Position numbers and translations under genes: made by a program
Shown here: positions 26,961-36,657 of the stretch, piece after piece
Numbering within the stretch: the first letter of the stretch is position 1
Layout of the letters: each line of letters begins with the position of its first letter
Assembly (NCBI GenBank): GCA_048538215.1
Contig: JBLYPV010000001.1
Coordinates: 75,495-139,494, forward strand
From: Patescibacteria group bacterium
GTDB lineage: Bacteria; Patescibacteriota; Minisyncoccia; Phycocordibacterales; GCA-2747955
DNA: 64,000 nt
Direction: 5' to 3'
The notes under the pieces: generated by a model
Seen by the model: the letters and a program-made list of their open reading frames with translations, nothing else
Databases searched by the model: none
Told to the model about the DNA's origin: nothing

Positions 26961-27692
26961 ATGAACAAGTTTACAATTAGTATTATCGTTTTATTAGTAG
27001 CTTTTGGAGTCTTAATTTTTATGGCCTCAAGAAATGGCACGCAGAGTAATTTATCAGACCAAGATCGAGCAGATATTCTTGCTATACAAGCAGATGATCA
27101 TATACAGGGCAATCCTGATGCCGATGTAGTATTAGTAGAGTATGCAGATTTAGAGTGCCCAGCTTGTGCCGCTTTTCATCCTCTCGTGCAAGAAGTGCTG
27201 GCTCAATATGGAGATAGCATTGCAGTGGTATCACGACATTTTCCACTTTCAATTCATCAGAATTCCCGCACCGCCGCTTGGGCAGTGGAAGCTGCCGCCC
27301 TTCAAGGCAAATATTATGAGATGGCAGATATGCTTTATACTCGACAATCAGAATGGTCTGGTAAAATTGCCAATGTATCAATCTTTGAGCCATATGCCGA
27401 GGAGCTAGGGCTAGATATGGCACAATACCGAGCTGATGTATTGAGCGACGAGGTGAAGGCTCGAGTAGAAAAAGATCTACAGGAGTCACGCACTCTAGGG
27501 CTTAATTCTACCCCCACATTCTTCCTACAAGGCGAAAAGCTCGTGGGAGTAGGAAATGCAAATGCTTTTGCACAAGCAATCGAAGGGGCTATAGCAAAAG
27601 CTAATGCTCTAGTCCAGGAAGAAGAGGAAACAAATACAAGTATCACCACCAGCACAAGCTCGATGAGTACAAGTACCGCTACAAGCTCCTAG
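26961..27692 (+). CDS. DsbA-family thiol:disulfide oxidoreductase, membrane anchored, Ser/Thr-rich C-terminal tail
   Basis: CPACAAFH active site in thioredoxin fold; tail EEEETNTSITTSTSSMSTSTATSS. Confidence 0.65.
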   Translation: MNKFTISIIVLLVAFGVLIFMASRNGTQSNLSDQDRADILAIQADDHIQGNPDADVVLVEYADLECPACAAFHPLVQEVLAQYGDSIAVVSRHFPLSIHQNSRTAAWAVEAAALQGKYYEMADMLYTRQSEWSGKIANVSIFEPYAEELGLDMAQYRADVLSDEVKARVEKDLQESRTLGLNSTPTFFLQGEKLVGVGNANAFAQAIEGAIAKANALVQEEEETNTSITTSTSSMSTSTATSS

Positions 27693-27724
27693 TAGAGTTT
27701 TTTATAGACAATCCTCGATAAAAA

Positions 27725-27747
27725 AGCGCTCGAAGGGCGCTTTTTTA
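27725..27747 (+). terminator. Rho-independent terminator after the DsbA-like gene (AGCGC-TCGAAGG-GCGCT + TTTTTT)
   Basis: GC stem and T-run. Confidence 0.7.
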
Positions 27748-27819
27748 TTGATTTAATTGGGTATTTGTAGCTTATGAGGTATACTGGATATATTAGTAAT
27801 ATTAATCCTAAATACAGAT

Positions 27820-28203
27820 ATGAATTATTTTTATGGAAATATAGAGGAGCTTACTTTAGCAAATGATGATTTTCGCCAAGTGATATATACTGGGCCACAA
27901 AGCCAATTAGTCTTGATGACATTACAAGCTGGTGAGGAAATTGGATTTGAGGTACATAATGAAAATGATCAATTTTTTCGACTCGAAGAAGGGAAGGCAG
28001 AATTCACTATCAATGAAGATGCTTTTGTAGTTGGGGCGGATGAAGCAGTGATTGTCCCTAGGGGGGCCAAGCATAATGTGCGAAATGTAGGTGAGGGAGC
28101 ACTACGGCTCTACACCATTTATACTCCAGCCCATCATCCAGATGGTACTGTGCATCACACCAAAGCTGAGGCAGATGCCTATGAAGAAGCAGGGGATCAT
28201 TAA
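27820..28203 (+). CDS. Cupin-domain protein
   Basis: Conserved cupin motifs around GFEVHNENDQFF and PRGAKHNVRNVG. Confidence 0.55.
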   Translation: MNYFYGNIEELTLANDDFRQVIYTGPQSQLVLMTLQAGEEIGFEVHNENDQFFRLEEGKAEFTINEDAFVVGADEAVIVPRGAKHNVRNVGEGALRLYTIYTPAHHPDGTVHHTKAEADAYEEAGDH

Positions 28204-28251
28204 TCTCGAGTATGAGCAGGATTATCTGCTGTGAGTTCACGGATAGAAAAT

Positions 28252-28275
28252 GCCACGACAAGCGTGGCTGTTTTC
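28252..28275 (+). terminator. Rho-independent terminator (GCCACG-ACAAG-CGTGGC + TGTTTTC)
   Basis: 6 bp stem and T-run. Confidence 0.7.
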
Positions 28276-28283
28276 TATACTTG

Positions 28284-28355
28284 TGACCCCACGGAGAATC
28301 GAACTCCGATTTCCAGGATGAAAACCTGATGTCCTAGCCGTTAGACGATGGGGCC
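28284..28355 (-). tRNA. tRNA-Glu (anticodon TTC)
   Basis: Reverse complement GGCCCCATCGTCTAACGGCTAGGAC...TTTTCAT...CGGAGTTCGATTCTCCG...TGGGGTC. Confidence 0.8.
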
Positions 28356-28489
28356 GTAGATCATACCTTATTGCAAAATTGCAAAGATAGGCATTACAAA
28401 TTTTCAATATTTATAAATGAAAATTGTCTGGGCATTATATACAAAGCGTAGTAAAAATCAATATTCCCAGACATCGGGAGTCTGGGGAG

Positions 28490-29611
28490 CTAGAGCTCCT
28501 TGCTCCGTATCTCTGGCTTCTGGTCTTTGCGCACTACTGTAAAGGGGATGCGCCCAATTTCACGATCAAAATTGGTAGTAATACGCACTCGCCATTCACC
28601 AAGGGCTGGATTTTGTACAAAGGAATACCAGCGAAATCCATCATCTCGTCCGCCGGTAAGATTATATTTGCTTTCTAGTACATCCTGCCACTTTTCAGTT
28701 TTCGGATTATACCACTGCCATTTGTGATAAATAGGAGCATTCAAGCCACTAGGCCCAAAGACCGAAGCCAAAATAAACACCGTATCACTCGCAGATGTTT
28801 TTACAAATTCTCTACGATCAAAATATTGATTGATTTGCCACCAAGGCTCATATTCATAGGTGACCGTGTAAGTAGATGGCCCACTACGGATGACGCTGTA
28901 GTAAATATCACCGTGCTTGAGAGAGAGGGGGATAGGGGGGATAATATTGGCAAAATAGAGTAAATTAAAAATTACAAAGATAAAAAAGATATTTCGTCGG
29001 ATTTTCCACCGTCGCCTATCGCTAATACTTGGTAGGAGAGCATACATCCCTTTCAAGTAGATTGCGATAAGAGCGATACTCACTATCCCCGAAAGGATAA
29101 AAATCATATCACCCACCATACCAAGCATCGTAGGTACAAAGAAAATTGCCATTGCAAGAATAGCTCCAAAGAGCATCCCTGTTTGCACTTCAAGACGCCG
29201 ATAGTAATCACGCATCCTATCATTTGCCAAGAAGAGTAAAATAAGGGCTAGCATAAATGGCCAGGCCACATACCAAGAAGCAGATTTAGAATAGAAAATC
29301 ACGAAGCCAGACAATAATCCACCAAATGCAAATTGAGCAAGATAGAGAGCAAGAGGAGAAAGACGATGGATGATCTCGCTTCCAAATCGCTCTTCAATAT
29401 CAGTATTAATTATCAAAATCGCGAGCGCCCCCAGAAAAAGATAAGTGAGAAGAATGGCATTATCAAACCACTGGTCAATTCGATTAAGAGTGATCAAGTC
29501 TAAGCCAAATCCGCCCACAAAAGCACCCGATGTCACCATACGCTCATTGGTGCGCACCCATTCTTTGAGTCGGCTGATATTGTCTTTAGTACGGTGGTAT
29601 CGATGCTTCAT
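28490..29611 (-). CDS. Polytopic membrane protein with C-terminal extracytoplasmic beta-rich domain (DUF2914-like, tentative)
   Basis: About 6 TM helices then Trp/Tyr-rich C-terminal domain (YHKWQWYNP, GFRWYSF). Confidence 0.4.
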   Translation of the reverse strand: MKHRYHRTKDNISRLKEWVRTNERMVTSGAFVGGFGLDLITLNRIDQWFDNAILLTYLFLGALAILIINTDIEERFGSEIIHRLSPLALYLAQFAFGGLLSGFVIFYSKSASWYVAWPFMLALILLFLANDRMRDYYRRLEVQTGMLFGAILAMAIFFVPTMLGMVGDMIFILSGIVSIALIAIYLKGMYALLPSISDRRRWKIRRNIFFIFVIFNLLYFANIIPPIPLSLKHGDIYYSVIRSGPSTYTVTYEYEPWWQINQYFDRREFVKTSASDTVFILASVFGPSGLNAPIYHKWQWYNPKTEKWQDVLESKYNLTGGRDDGFRWYSFVQNPALGEWRVRITTNFDREIGRIPFTVVRKDQKPEIRSKEL

Positions 29612-29635
29612 TATATATGTGCTAGTATAGCAGAT

Positions 29636-30214
29636 ATGTCGACTCCACTCTATGAAGAATATCTACTTGTAAATATCGTTCCAGAGCTTGCACAGGGGCG
29701 CCCAGATTGGGATCTGCCCCATACACTCAAGGTTGTGGAGTATGTAAAAATCATTACTGATATACATAGTGCAGAGCCTTCTCTCAATCGAGATGTGCTG
29801 ATTATCTCCGCATATTTGCACGACTACGGCTATAGGTATTTTCTTGATGATATTATCCCTCATCGTCCCACATTGGGAGGAAGAGCAAAAGAAGAGCATG
29901 CCCTAAAGAGTGCAGAGAAATGGCAAGAGATTAAAAATCACGAGGTATTTAATTTTTTAAGCGAGGAAGACAAAGATCAGATTGAGCATTTAATTCTTGT
30001 ACACGACAAGGTCTACGATTTGCAAGATATTGATGAGCTTGTTCTTATGGAGGCAGATACTCTCGGAGCGCTCGGGACAAAAAGCCAAGTAGATGTCACA
30101 AGCGATGCCTATCAGCGCTATCTTCGTGCTACTCAAGAGAAAAGAATTAGCCGATTTATTACTCCTTATGCCAAAGATGAGGCAGAGCGATTACTCAGCG
30201 AGCTCCTCATCTAG
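29636..30214 (+). CDS. HD-domain phosphohydrolase
   Basis: H...HD motif (HTLKV...AYLHDYG); start moved to MSTPLYEEY (29636), 8 nt after a TAGTAT -10. Confidence 0.6.
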   Translation: MSTPLYEEYLLVNIVPELAQGRPDWDLPHTLKVVEYVKIITDIHSAEPSLNRDVLIISAYLHDYGYRYFLDDIIPHRPTLGGRAKEEHALKSAEKWQEIKNHEVFNFLSEEDKDQIEHLILVHDKVYDLQDIDELVLMEADTLGALGTKSQVDVTSDAYQRYLRATQEKRISRFITPYAKDEAERLLSELLI

Positions 30215-30350
30215 GGGTGTAATTTGTATCATCTTTAGTAAATTCTGTGGATAACAAATATAGATAGCTAATACTTTGGGATTTTAGTCCGGGATTCTCA
30301 AAATGGGCGCTTAATAGGGGGGATAGTTTACGGATGGTACAATATGTTGT

Positions 30351-31310
30351 ATGAATTTAGAAGTCACTACGCTGGCTCTTGCTCTTCCAGTATTTATTAT
30401 CTCACTTTTTGTACTTGTAAAGGGAGCAGATTATTTAATTAGAGGATCAGAAAGAATTGGGCGCTACTTGGGCCTGCCATCATTTGTCATTGGCGCATTG
30501 ATTGTGGGGATAGGTACGTCGCTACCAGAGCTTGCGGCTTCTTTTGCAGCTATTACTGGAGGGTCATCAGAAATTGTGGTCGCAAATGCTGTAGGATCAA
30601 ACATAGCAAATATCTTGCTGGTTGCAGGATTAGCAGCAGTCATTGGTCGCAAGATTGTGACCACCAAAAATTTGCTTGATATTGAGGTGCCACTTTTGGT
30701 CTCTTCCTCAGTACTTTTTTTGGGGACAGCCCTTGATGGCAGAATTACACAATTAGAGTCAAGCCTTTTATTTGCTGGCTTTATTGCGTATATTTCTTAT
30801 CTCTTAATTCACCCAGACGAATCGGAAATTGATGCAGACTACAAAGAGAAAAAGGTAAAAACATTGCACGCAGTAGATTTTATAATGCTTGCAAGTGGTG
30901 GGGTAGGGCTTGTTTTAGGAGCTCATTATCTCATTCAATCAGTACAGGTAATTGCTCAAAGTATTGGAGTGAGCGAGGGAGTGGTGGCAATTTCAGCTGT
31001 AGCACTTGGCACATCTCTTCCTGAAATAATCGTATCAATTACCGCAGTTATGAGAGGCAAAATGGACTTGGCCTTTGGTAATGTGTTTGGATCAAATGTA
31101 TTCAATATCTTGATGATGGTGGGATTTGTGGGGCTTTTTACCGAATTACCTATTGATCCACAAACGATGCAGATTGGGCTACCGGTCTTTGCAGCAGTCA
31201 CCATTATGTTTGTTGTTTCAGCAATGTCTAAACACATTTATATCTGGGAAGGTTTGATGTTTTTGATTGTCTATCTCTTCTTCATTATGAAGATATTTGG
31301 CTTAGGCTAG
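30351..31310 (+). CDS. Ca2+/cation antiporter, CaCA family (YrbG-like)
   Basis: Two alpha-repeats GTSLPEL...GSN(I/V)(A/F)NIL; 10 TM; TGGTACAAT -10 8 nt upstream of ATG. Confidence 0.8.
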   Translation: MNLEVTTLALALPVFIISLFVLVKGADYLIRGSERIGRYLGLPSFVIGALIVGIGTSLPELAASFAAITGGSSEIVVANAVGSNIANILLVAGLAAVIGRKIVTTKNLLDIEVPLLVSSSVLFLGTALDGRITQLESSLLFAGFIAYISYLLIHPDESEIDADYKEKKVKTLHAVDFIMLASGGVGLVLGAHYLIQSVQVIAQSIGVSEGVVAISAVALGTSLPEIIVSITAVMRGKMDLAFGNVFGSNVFNILMMVGFVGLFTELPIDPQTMQIGLPVFAAVTIMFVVSAMSKHIYIWEGLMFLIVYLFFIMKIFGLG

Positions 31311-31317
31311 AAGGGGA

Positions 31318-31361
31318 GTGATGTAGCCACGAGAGCTTCGGAGTTCTCGTGGCTACATCAC
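31318..31361. repeat. Long near-perfect hairpin (18 bp stem) GTGATGTAGCCACGAGAG...CTCGTGGCTACATCAC
   Basis: 17/18 paired positions plus one G-U, 8 nt loop; no T-run. Confidence 0.6.
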
Positions 31362-31456
31362 TCACGGTGTGCCGAATGTCTTCTTGAAAGATACTGAAAA
31401 TGAATGAATTTGACTATTAAGAAAATAAATGTTATTAATAATTAATAATAAAAAAT

Positions 31457-32497
31457 ATGCGAGTAGTAAGTTTTAATCCAGAGCGGATAATTGAATCAAT
31501 ATTAGCTGATTTGCCAGAGCGATCGCGTGATGTTGTACGCAAGCGTTTTGGTTTGCATGGAGGTCGCCGAGAAACTCTCGAATCAATCGGAGATAGCTAT
31601 CACATCACTCGCGAACGAGTACGACAAATCGAAAATCTTGCCAAAGAGCAAATCAAAAAAAGTGAGCACTTTATAAGTGGCGCACACGATGCTTTGGATG
31701 AATTAAAAAATATCGTAGAAGAGATGGGAGGAATCGTTGAAGAAGAGACTTTGCTTGATGCAGTGTCCCCATCAGAAAAGGAGAAAAATCACCTCTATCT
31801 ATTGCTTGAATTAGGAGAATATTTTGGCTACGCCAAAGAGGATGATGATACATACAAAAATTGGTATACCAATGTGCGAAATGCAGATATGGTCAAAAAA
31901 TCTCTTAAAAAATTATACAAAGAATTAGATACTGATGAAATTCTCACCAAAGAAGAGATCCTAGCTCGTTTTATGCAATTGATAGAAGAAGATTTGGAAG
32001 ATGGTGTAGCAGATACTGAGCTTGCAAAAATGTGGCTAGCTATGTCAAAGCGAGTAGGTAAAAATCCTATGGGTCGCTGGGGCCGTACCGATTCATCAAA
32101 TATCAAAACGCGCGGAGTACGAGATTACGCCTATTTAGTATTGCGTGAGCACGGAGAGCCGATGCATTTTAGAGATATTGCCCAAGAGACAAGTAAATAC
32201 TTCAACAAAAAAATTAATACTGCCACTATGCATAATGAGCTTATTAGAGATGATCGCTTTGCTCTCGTGGGGCGCGGGCTCTATGCGCTCAATGATTGGG
32301 GGCTTTATGGAGGTACAGTCAAAGAGCTAATTATCGAAATTTTGAAAGAAAATAAAGCTCCTATGACAGAAGATGCGATTATCAAGAAAGTACTTGATCG
32401 CAAGCTTGTCAAAGAATCTACCATCCGCATCAATCTCAAAGATAAAAAACATTTTTATCAGGATAAAGAAACTAAGCTATATTCTTTAGCAAAGTAG
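31457..32497 (+). CDS. DNA-binding protein: sigma-70 region-4-like HTH followed by two HARE-HTH-like domains
   Basis: RKRFGLHGGRRETLESIGDSYHITRERVRQIE resembles sigma region 4.2; C-terminal PMHFRDIAQE...DDRFALVGRGLYALNDWG matches HARE-HTH (RpoE-delta N-domain-like). Confidence 0.5.
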   Translation: MRVVSFNPERIIESILADLPERSRDVVRKRFGLHGGRRETLESIGDSYHITRERVRQIENLAKEQIKKSEHFISGAHDALDELKNIVEEMGGIVEEETLLDAVSPSEKEKNHLYLLLELGEYFGYAKEDDDTYKNWYTNVRNADMVKKSLKKLYKELDTDEILTKEEILARFMQLIEEDLEDGVADTELAKMWLAMSKRVGKNPMGRWGRTDSSNIKTRGVRDYAYLVLREHGEPMHFRDIAQETSKYFNKKINTATMHNELIRDDRFALVGRGLYALNDWGLYGGTVKELIIEILKENKAPMTEDAIIKKVLDRKLVKESTIRINLKDKKHFYQDKETKLYSLAK

Positions 32498-32590
32498 CTT
32501 GTAAGTACTTGTAAGTAGGAGTGCTTGTGCTAGCTCCACCAGCACACTAGTTTCATACACAGTCTAGTACTCGAGCTTGTCGCTCCTAGC

Positions 32591-32599
32591 TGGTATAAT
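32591..32599 (+). promoter_or_regulatory. Extended -10 TGGTATAAT; downstream ATG at 32606 is 7 nt away (leaderless start)
   Basis: ORF-track ATG at 32600 abuts the -10, so 32606 is preferred. Confidence 0.5.
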
Positions 32600-32605
32600 A
32601 TGCAA

Positions 32606-33934
32606 ATGGATCCTGTGCTACTAGGAAATGTCGTCTATTTAGTGCTTTTTGCGCTACCATTTCTTTTTGCGTACATTGTAATTCTTGAACTATGGAATTA
32701 CATACACGAATATTTATGGTACAAGTGGTACCTTGGTAATGAATATATTACCCTCGAGATTCGCTTACCTAAAGAGCAGAAAAAGACTCCTGTAGCGATG
32801 GAATACTTATTTAATGGCTTGTATGAGCCAGGTGATAGTAGTGGATGGAAAGAATCATGGTTTGGGGTCAATACTTTACCGATCTTATCATTTGAGGTGG
32901 CTTCGATTGGTGGCTCAATACATTTTTTCTTTTGGGTGCCAAAGAAATTTAAGGCTCGAGTAGAAGCTCACACTTACGCCCAATTTCCTCAGGCTGAGGT
33001 GATAGAGGTGCCTGATTATACGCGATTGGTTGATTTTGATTTTGATACCCACAGAATTATGGGCTTTGATTATAGGCTGGAGCGAGCTGATCCCATCCCA
33101 ATCAAAACATATAAGATGCTCAAGCTCGATATGCCTGGCACCAAAGAAGAAGAAAAAATTGATCCTATTACTCAAACACTCGAAGTAATGGCATCAATTG
33201 GGCCTCATGAGCAAATGTGGTGGCAAATTGTGACTCGGGCAAATAAATCGAAATATACCAAAACACTTAGCTTTAGGGAGCGATTGGCAAAAGCCTTCGC
33301 AGATAAAAATCCTCTTCAACTTTTCTATAATGAAAAGACAAATTGGCAAGCACAAGCAAAAGAAGTGATAGACAAAATTCGTGAGCAGTATAAGCCAGCA
33401 TCAAAAGATGAATTGCTCCCTATGGGGGGAATGGCCACCCCACAAGACAATGAATTCCTCAAGCTCGTATCAGAAAATGCTTCTAAGGTAAATTTTGAAT
33501 GCGGTATGCGTACCATTTATTTTGCCCCTAAAGAACATTTTGATAGTGCACAGCCCAGCAATATGGGTAGTATGTTTAAGGCGTATGGAGCAGGAGAGCC
33601 ATACAATAATTTCAAACCAGCCTTTGTGGCAGCCACGAATGATAAATGGTGGGAGCCAGGGCAGGGGGAGGCGATTACTGAGCTCAAAAAATTAATGCAT
33701 CCCGATTACGCAGGTAGGAGATTCTTTAATATGCATGGCACTGTGGGATATGGCTATTATAAAAATCAATATACTACCTTTGCTTTGTCTACCGAAGAAT
33801 TAGCTACTCTCTACCACTTCCCAGGCTCCGTATCACAAACACCTACCTTCGAACGAATTCCGAGTGCCACCTCTCAAGCCCCAGCTAATTTACCCATCGG
33901 TGGCTCTACTTTTGCTCATCTACCGAGAACTTAA
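32606..33934 (+). CDS. Hypothetical membrane-anchored protein (ORFan, 442 aa)
   Basis: N-terminal TM (VVYLVLFALPFLFAYIVILELW) then large soluble domain; no motif recognised. Confidence 0.35.
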   Translation: MDPVLLGNVVYLVLFALPFLFAYIVILELWNYIHEYLWYKWYLGNEYITLEIRLPKEQKKTPVAMEYLFNGLYEPGDSSGWKESWFGVNTLPILSFEVASIGGSIHFFFWVPKKFKARVEAHTYAQFPQAEVIEVPDYTRLVDFDFDTHRIMGFDYRLERADPIPIKTYKMLKLDMPGTKEEEKIDPITQTLEVMASIGPHEQMWWQIVTRANKSKYTKTLSFRERLAKAFADKNPLQLFYNEKTNWQAQAKEVIDKIREQYKPASKDELLPMGGMATPQDNEFLKLVSENASKVNFECGMRTIYFAPKEHFDSAQPSNMGSMFKAYGAGEPYNNFKPAFVAATNDKWWEPGQGEAITELKKLMHPDYAGRRFFNMHGTVGYGYYKNQYTTFALSTEELATLYHFPGSVSQTPTFERIPSATSQAPANLPIGGSTFAHLPRT

Positions 33935-33948
33935 AGATACAATATATA

Positions 33949-34956
33949 ATGCATCCACGAGAAGTACAATCAAATAATCTATTTCGTCGCTATCACCTAC
34001 CTACCCTAGGGGCAATTTTTGGAGGAATTATTATTTGTACAGCTACGCTATGGTATATATACAAGCTCCCCTATAGCCCCCCGGGAATTACGAGCTTGGA
34101 TACCTATATACAAATTGCTCCTGGTAGTACAGCTAGTGGAGTGGCAGAACAGCTTGAGACCCAAGGAGTTATCCGTGATGCAGGGCTATTTATCATACTA
34201 CTGAGAGCACAAAACCTTACTGGAGAAATTAAAAGTGGCACCTATTATTTTAATGACCCGGAAAGCTTAGACACCATTATCGATAGAATTACTTCAGGCC
34301 GGTATGGCTTGCCCACTATCAAGATCACTTTGCCTGAGGGGCAAGCAAATTATCAGTATGCCAACCTATTAGCAGAACGCCTAGAATATATCTCAGCTTC
34401 TCGTTTTCGTACCCTTGCTGCGCCTTATGAGGGCTATCTATTCCCTGATACCTACTTTTTCCCCAAACGTAGCACTGCTCAAGAGCTTATTGACATAATG
34501 CGAGCACAATTTGATAAACAAATTACCCCTCTAGCGGGAGAAATTGAAGCATCACCTTATACTTTAGATGAGATAGTCATTATGGCATCATTGGTAGAGA
34601 GTGAAGCAGGAAGTGCTAGCTACGCTACAAAACAACGCGTAGCAGGTGTCTTATGGCGCAGAATTAAAGAAGGAATGCCTCTGCAGGCAGATGCAGTATT
34701 TAGCTATATTTATCAAATGCACTTACCACGAGTACTTTATCGACATCTCGAAGTGGATTCTCCATATAATGTGTATAAAAATGGAGGGCTTCCCCCAGGC
34801 CCAATAGGTAATCCGGGGATTGATTCCATAAAAGCTACTCTTGATCCCATCGATGAAGGCTATCGGTATTATTTGACAGGCAATGATGGCACCTTCCATT
34901 TTGCTAAAACTTTAGTAAAACACGAGCAAAATCGTAGTTTATATCTTCAATACTAA
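33949..34956 (+). CDS. mltG: Endolytic murein transglycosylase (YceG family)
   Basis: N-terminal TM; C-terminal GLPPGPIGNPG...YYLTGNDGTFHFAKTL signature; TACAAT -10 8 nt upstream. Confidence 0.8.
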   Translation: MHPREVQSNNLFRRYHLPTLGAIFGGIIICTATLWYIYKLPYSPPGITSLDTYIQIAPGSTASGVAEQLETQGVIRDAGLFIILLRAQNLTGEIKSGTYYFNDPESLDTIIDRITSGRYGLPTIKITLPEGQANYQYANLLAERLEYISASRFRTLAAPYEGYLFPDTYFFPKRSTAQELIDIMRAQFDKQITPLAGEIEASPYTLDEIVIMASLVESEAGSASYATKQRVAGVLWRRIKEGMPLQADAVFSYIYQMHLPRVLYRHLEVDSPYNVYKNGGLPPGPIGNPGIDSIKATLDPIDEGYRYYLTGNDGTFHFAKTLVKHEQNRSLYLQY

Positions 34957-34970
34957 AATACATTATTATA

Positions 34971-35004
34971 AAACAAACAAGCTCTTTTGGAGCTCGTTTG
35001 TTTT
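34971..35004. terminator. Bidirectional terminator between mltG and hsp20 (AAACAAACAAGCTC-TTTTG-GAGCTCGTTTGTTTT)
   Basis: 14 bp stem (1 mismatch) flanked by A/T tracts on both sides. Confidence 0.65.
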
Positions 35005-35019
35005 AAATGAGTAATGAAT

Positions 35020-35460
35020 CTAGCTCACCGTGAGCTTGGTGCGACGATCTTTATCTATTTTGGGAAGAGTAATATGAAGTACTCCATGTTTTGATTTAGC
35101 TTTAGCTCCTTCTATATCAATTTCTTTTGGGAGAGAAATAGTGCGGGCAAAGACTCCCCATGAAAGCTCTTGCTCGTAGTAATTTTCGTCACTTATACTA
35201 GCTTCGCGATAAGATTGACCCTTCAGGGTGATGCTATCTCGTGCAATATCGATGTCTAGATTTTCGGGATTAATTCCCGGAATAAAGGCTTTGATATATA
35301 GATTATTTTCATCTTGATACACATCAACAGCAAGGGGCTCATCTTCTTTTATTGGAGATTCATCATCCCATAGTGATTCAATATCCTCGCCCCCTAAATC
35401 TTCGAAAGCATCATACTCATCATCTGTGTGTCCAGTAATTTTATTAAATAGTTTACGCAT
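35020..35460 (-). CDS. Hsp20/alpha-crystallin family small heat-shock protein
   Basis: Alpha-crystallin domain (VDVYQDENNLYIKAFIPGI...IDIARDSITLKG). Confidence 0.8.
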   Translation of the reverse strand: MRKLFNKITGHTDDEYDAFEDLGGEDIESLWDDESPIKEDEPLAVDVYQDENNLYIKAFIPGINPENLDIDIARDSITLKGQSYREASISDENYYEQELSWGVFARTISLPKEIDIEGAKAKSKHGVLHITLPKIDKDRRTKLTVS

Positions 35461-35525
35461 AAATTTATGATTATGTATTTTTAGTATACCAAATTATTGC
35501 ATATGCTCCAGAGGATATATACAGG

Positions 35526-36254
35526 TTAAAACTCATAATTATTCCAATCAATTTCTGGCGGACAAGAGGGCGCACGCAGGAGCTCGATAGCGATGACGAT
35601 AAACATAAATAAGAACCAGGTGGCGGCAAAAGCGAGGATCACTGTATGTGCACTCTCTCCTGTTACTAAAAAATTGAAGCCAAGATGGATGATGACGGCA
35701 AGCAAAAGCCCAATAATTAAGCCAAAAAATTTTATAATTTTTGATTTAAAAAATACGAGTGATAAGCACACCCCCACTACTCCCGTGGCCACCATATGAA
35801 GAATAGTAGCTCCAATGATCCGCTTACCTCCTTCTATGGTGGCAATATCTAAATTGAAATTATTTAGATATTGCAAAAAGTAGAGAATATTTTCGAGGGC
35901 AGCAAAGCCTAGCGCGGTAGTGGTGAGATAAATAATTGGGTCAATTCTCTCATTGTAATAAGGATTGCCTTGTATAGAGCTAAACCAAGCGCCAATGTAT
36001 TTAGCATACTCTTCCACTGAAACAAACAAAATCATAGCAAGAAAAGTGCTTGTGCCAAAAAGTGTTACGACAAGTGATTGGGTAGGGAGAGTGAAAAGAG
36101 CAGCAAGGCCACCAAAAATAAATGCACTAAAAAGGTGTGTTCGTGGCTCTGGACAAAATCTATCACGGCGAGACCAAAACAAAAGCCAAAATACCGAGGG
36201 AATAAGAGAGCCAGCAAGGGCAATCATAACAAGCTCTTGTGGGGTATCAAGCAT
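35526..36254 (-). CDS. PrsW-family intramembrane metalloprotease
   Basis: EEYAKY, FAALEN and HMVATG motifs in TM helices. Confidence 0.6.
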   Translation of the reverse strand: MLDTPQELVMIALAGSLIPSVFWLLFWSRRDRFCPEPRTHLFSAFIFGGLAALFTLPTQSLVVTLFGTSTFLAMILFVSVEEYAKYIGAWFSSIQGNPYYNERIDPIIYLTTTALGFAALENILYFLQYLNNFNLDIATIEGGKRIIGATILHMVATGVVGVCLSLVFFKSKIIKFFGLIIGLLLAVIIHLGFNFLVTGESAHTVILAFAATWFLFMFIVIAIELLRAPSCPPEIDWNNYEF

Positions 36255-36434
36255 AGCTCTATTATTATGACATAAAATTATCGTTTTTATCTGTGGACTA
36301 ACGATTAGTAGCTAGTAACTAGTTTGTTGGTAGGCTAGTGTTCTGGTGGTATTTATTGTGCTTGATCGATATAAATAATAAAACACATCAAACTTTTCTT
36401 TTTGTTATAAAGCCAATCCTATTCAAACAAACCA

Positions 36435-36455
36435 GTCTACTAGATACCAGTAGAC
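36435..36455 (-). terminator. Hairpin GTCTACT-loop-AGTAGAC with T-rich tract on minus strand, downstream of tRNA-Arg
   Basis: 7 bp stem; minus-strand continuation TTTGTTTG. Confidence 0.45.
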
Positions 36456-36470
36456 CAGAATGCCCGTATG

Positions 36471-36542
36471 TCCTCCCGGCGGGAATCGAACCTGCATTTA
36501 ATCCTTAGGAGGGATTTGTTCTATCCATTGAACTACAGGAGG
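36471..36542 (-). tRNA. tRNA-Arg (anticodon CCT)
   Basis: Reverse complement CCTCCTGTAGTTCAATGGATAGAAC...CTCCTAA...GCAGGTTCGATTCCCGC...CGGGAGG; one A-C mismatch in T-stem. Confidence 0.7.
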
Positions 36543-36657
36543 AGGAATAATTATGCATACTCTCACAAAATAAGAGTTATGACAATTTTGTCCATTATAC
36601 AATTATATCCCCAGAATCAATCTCGCAGCCAAGCACGCATCGTGATACTATTGCAAT

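Noticed and set aside
28475-28500. GGGGAGCTAGAGCTCC palindrome at the end of the 28490 gene as another copy of the main palindromic family
   Set aside because: It shares only the GAGCTC core. The arms differ (TGGGGAGCT versus CTTGGGAGC). It was not counted.
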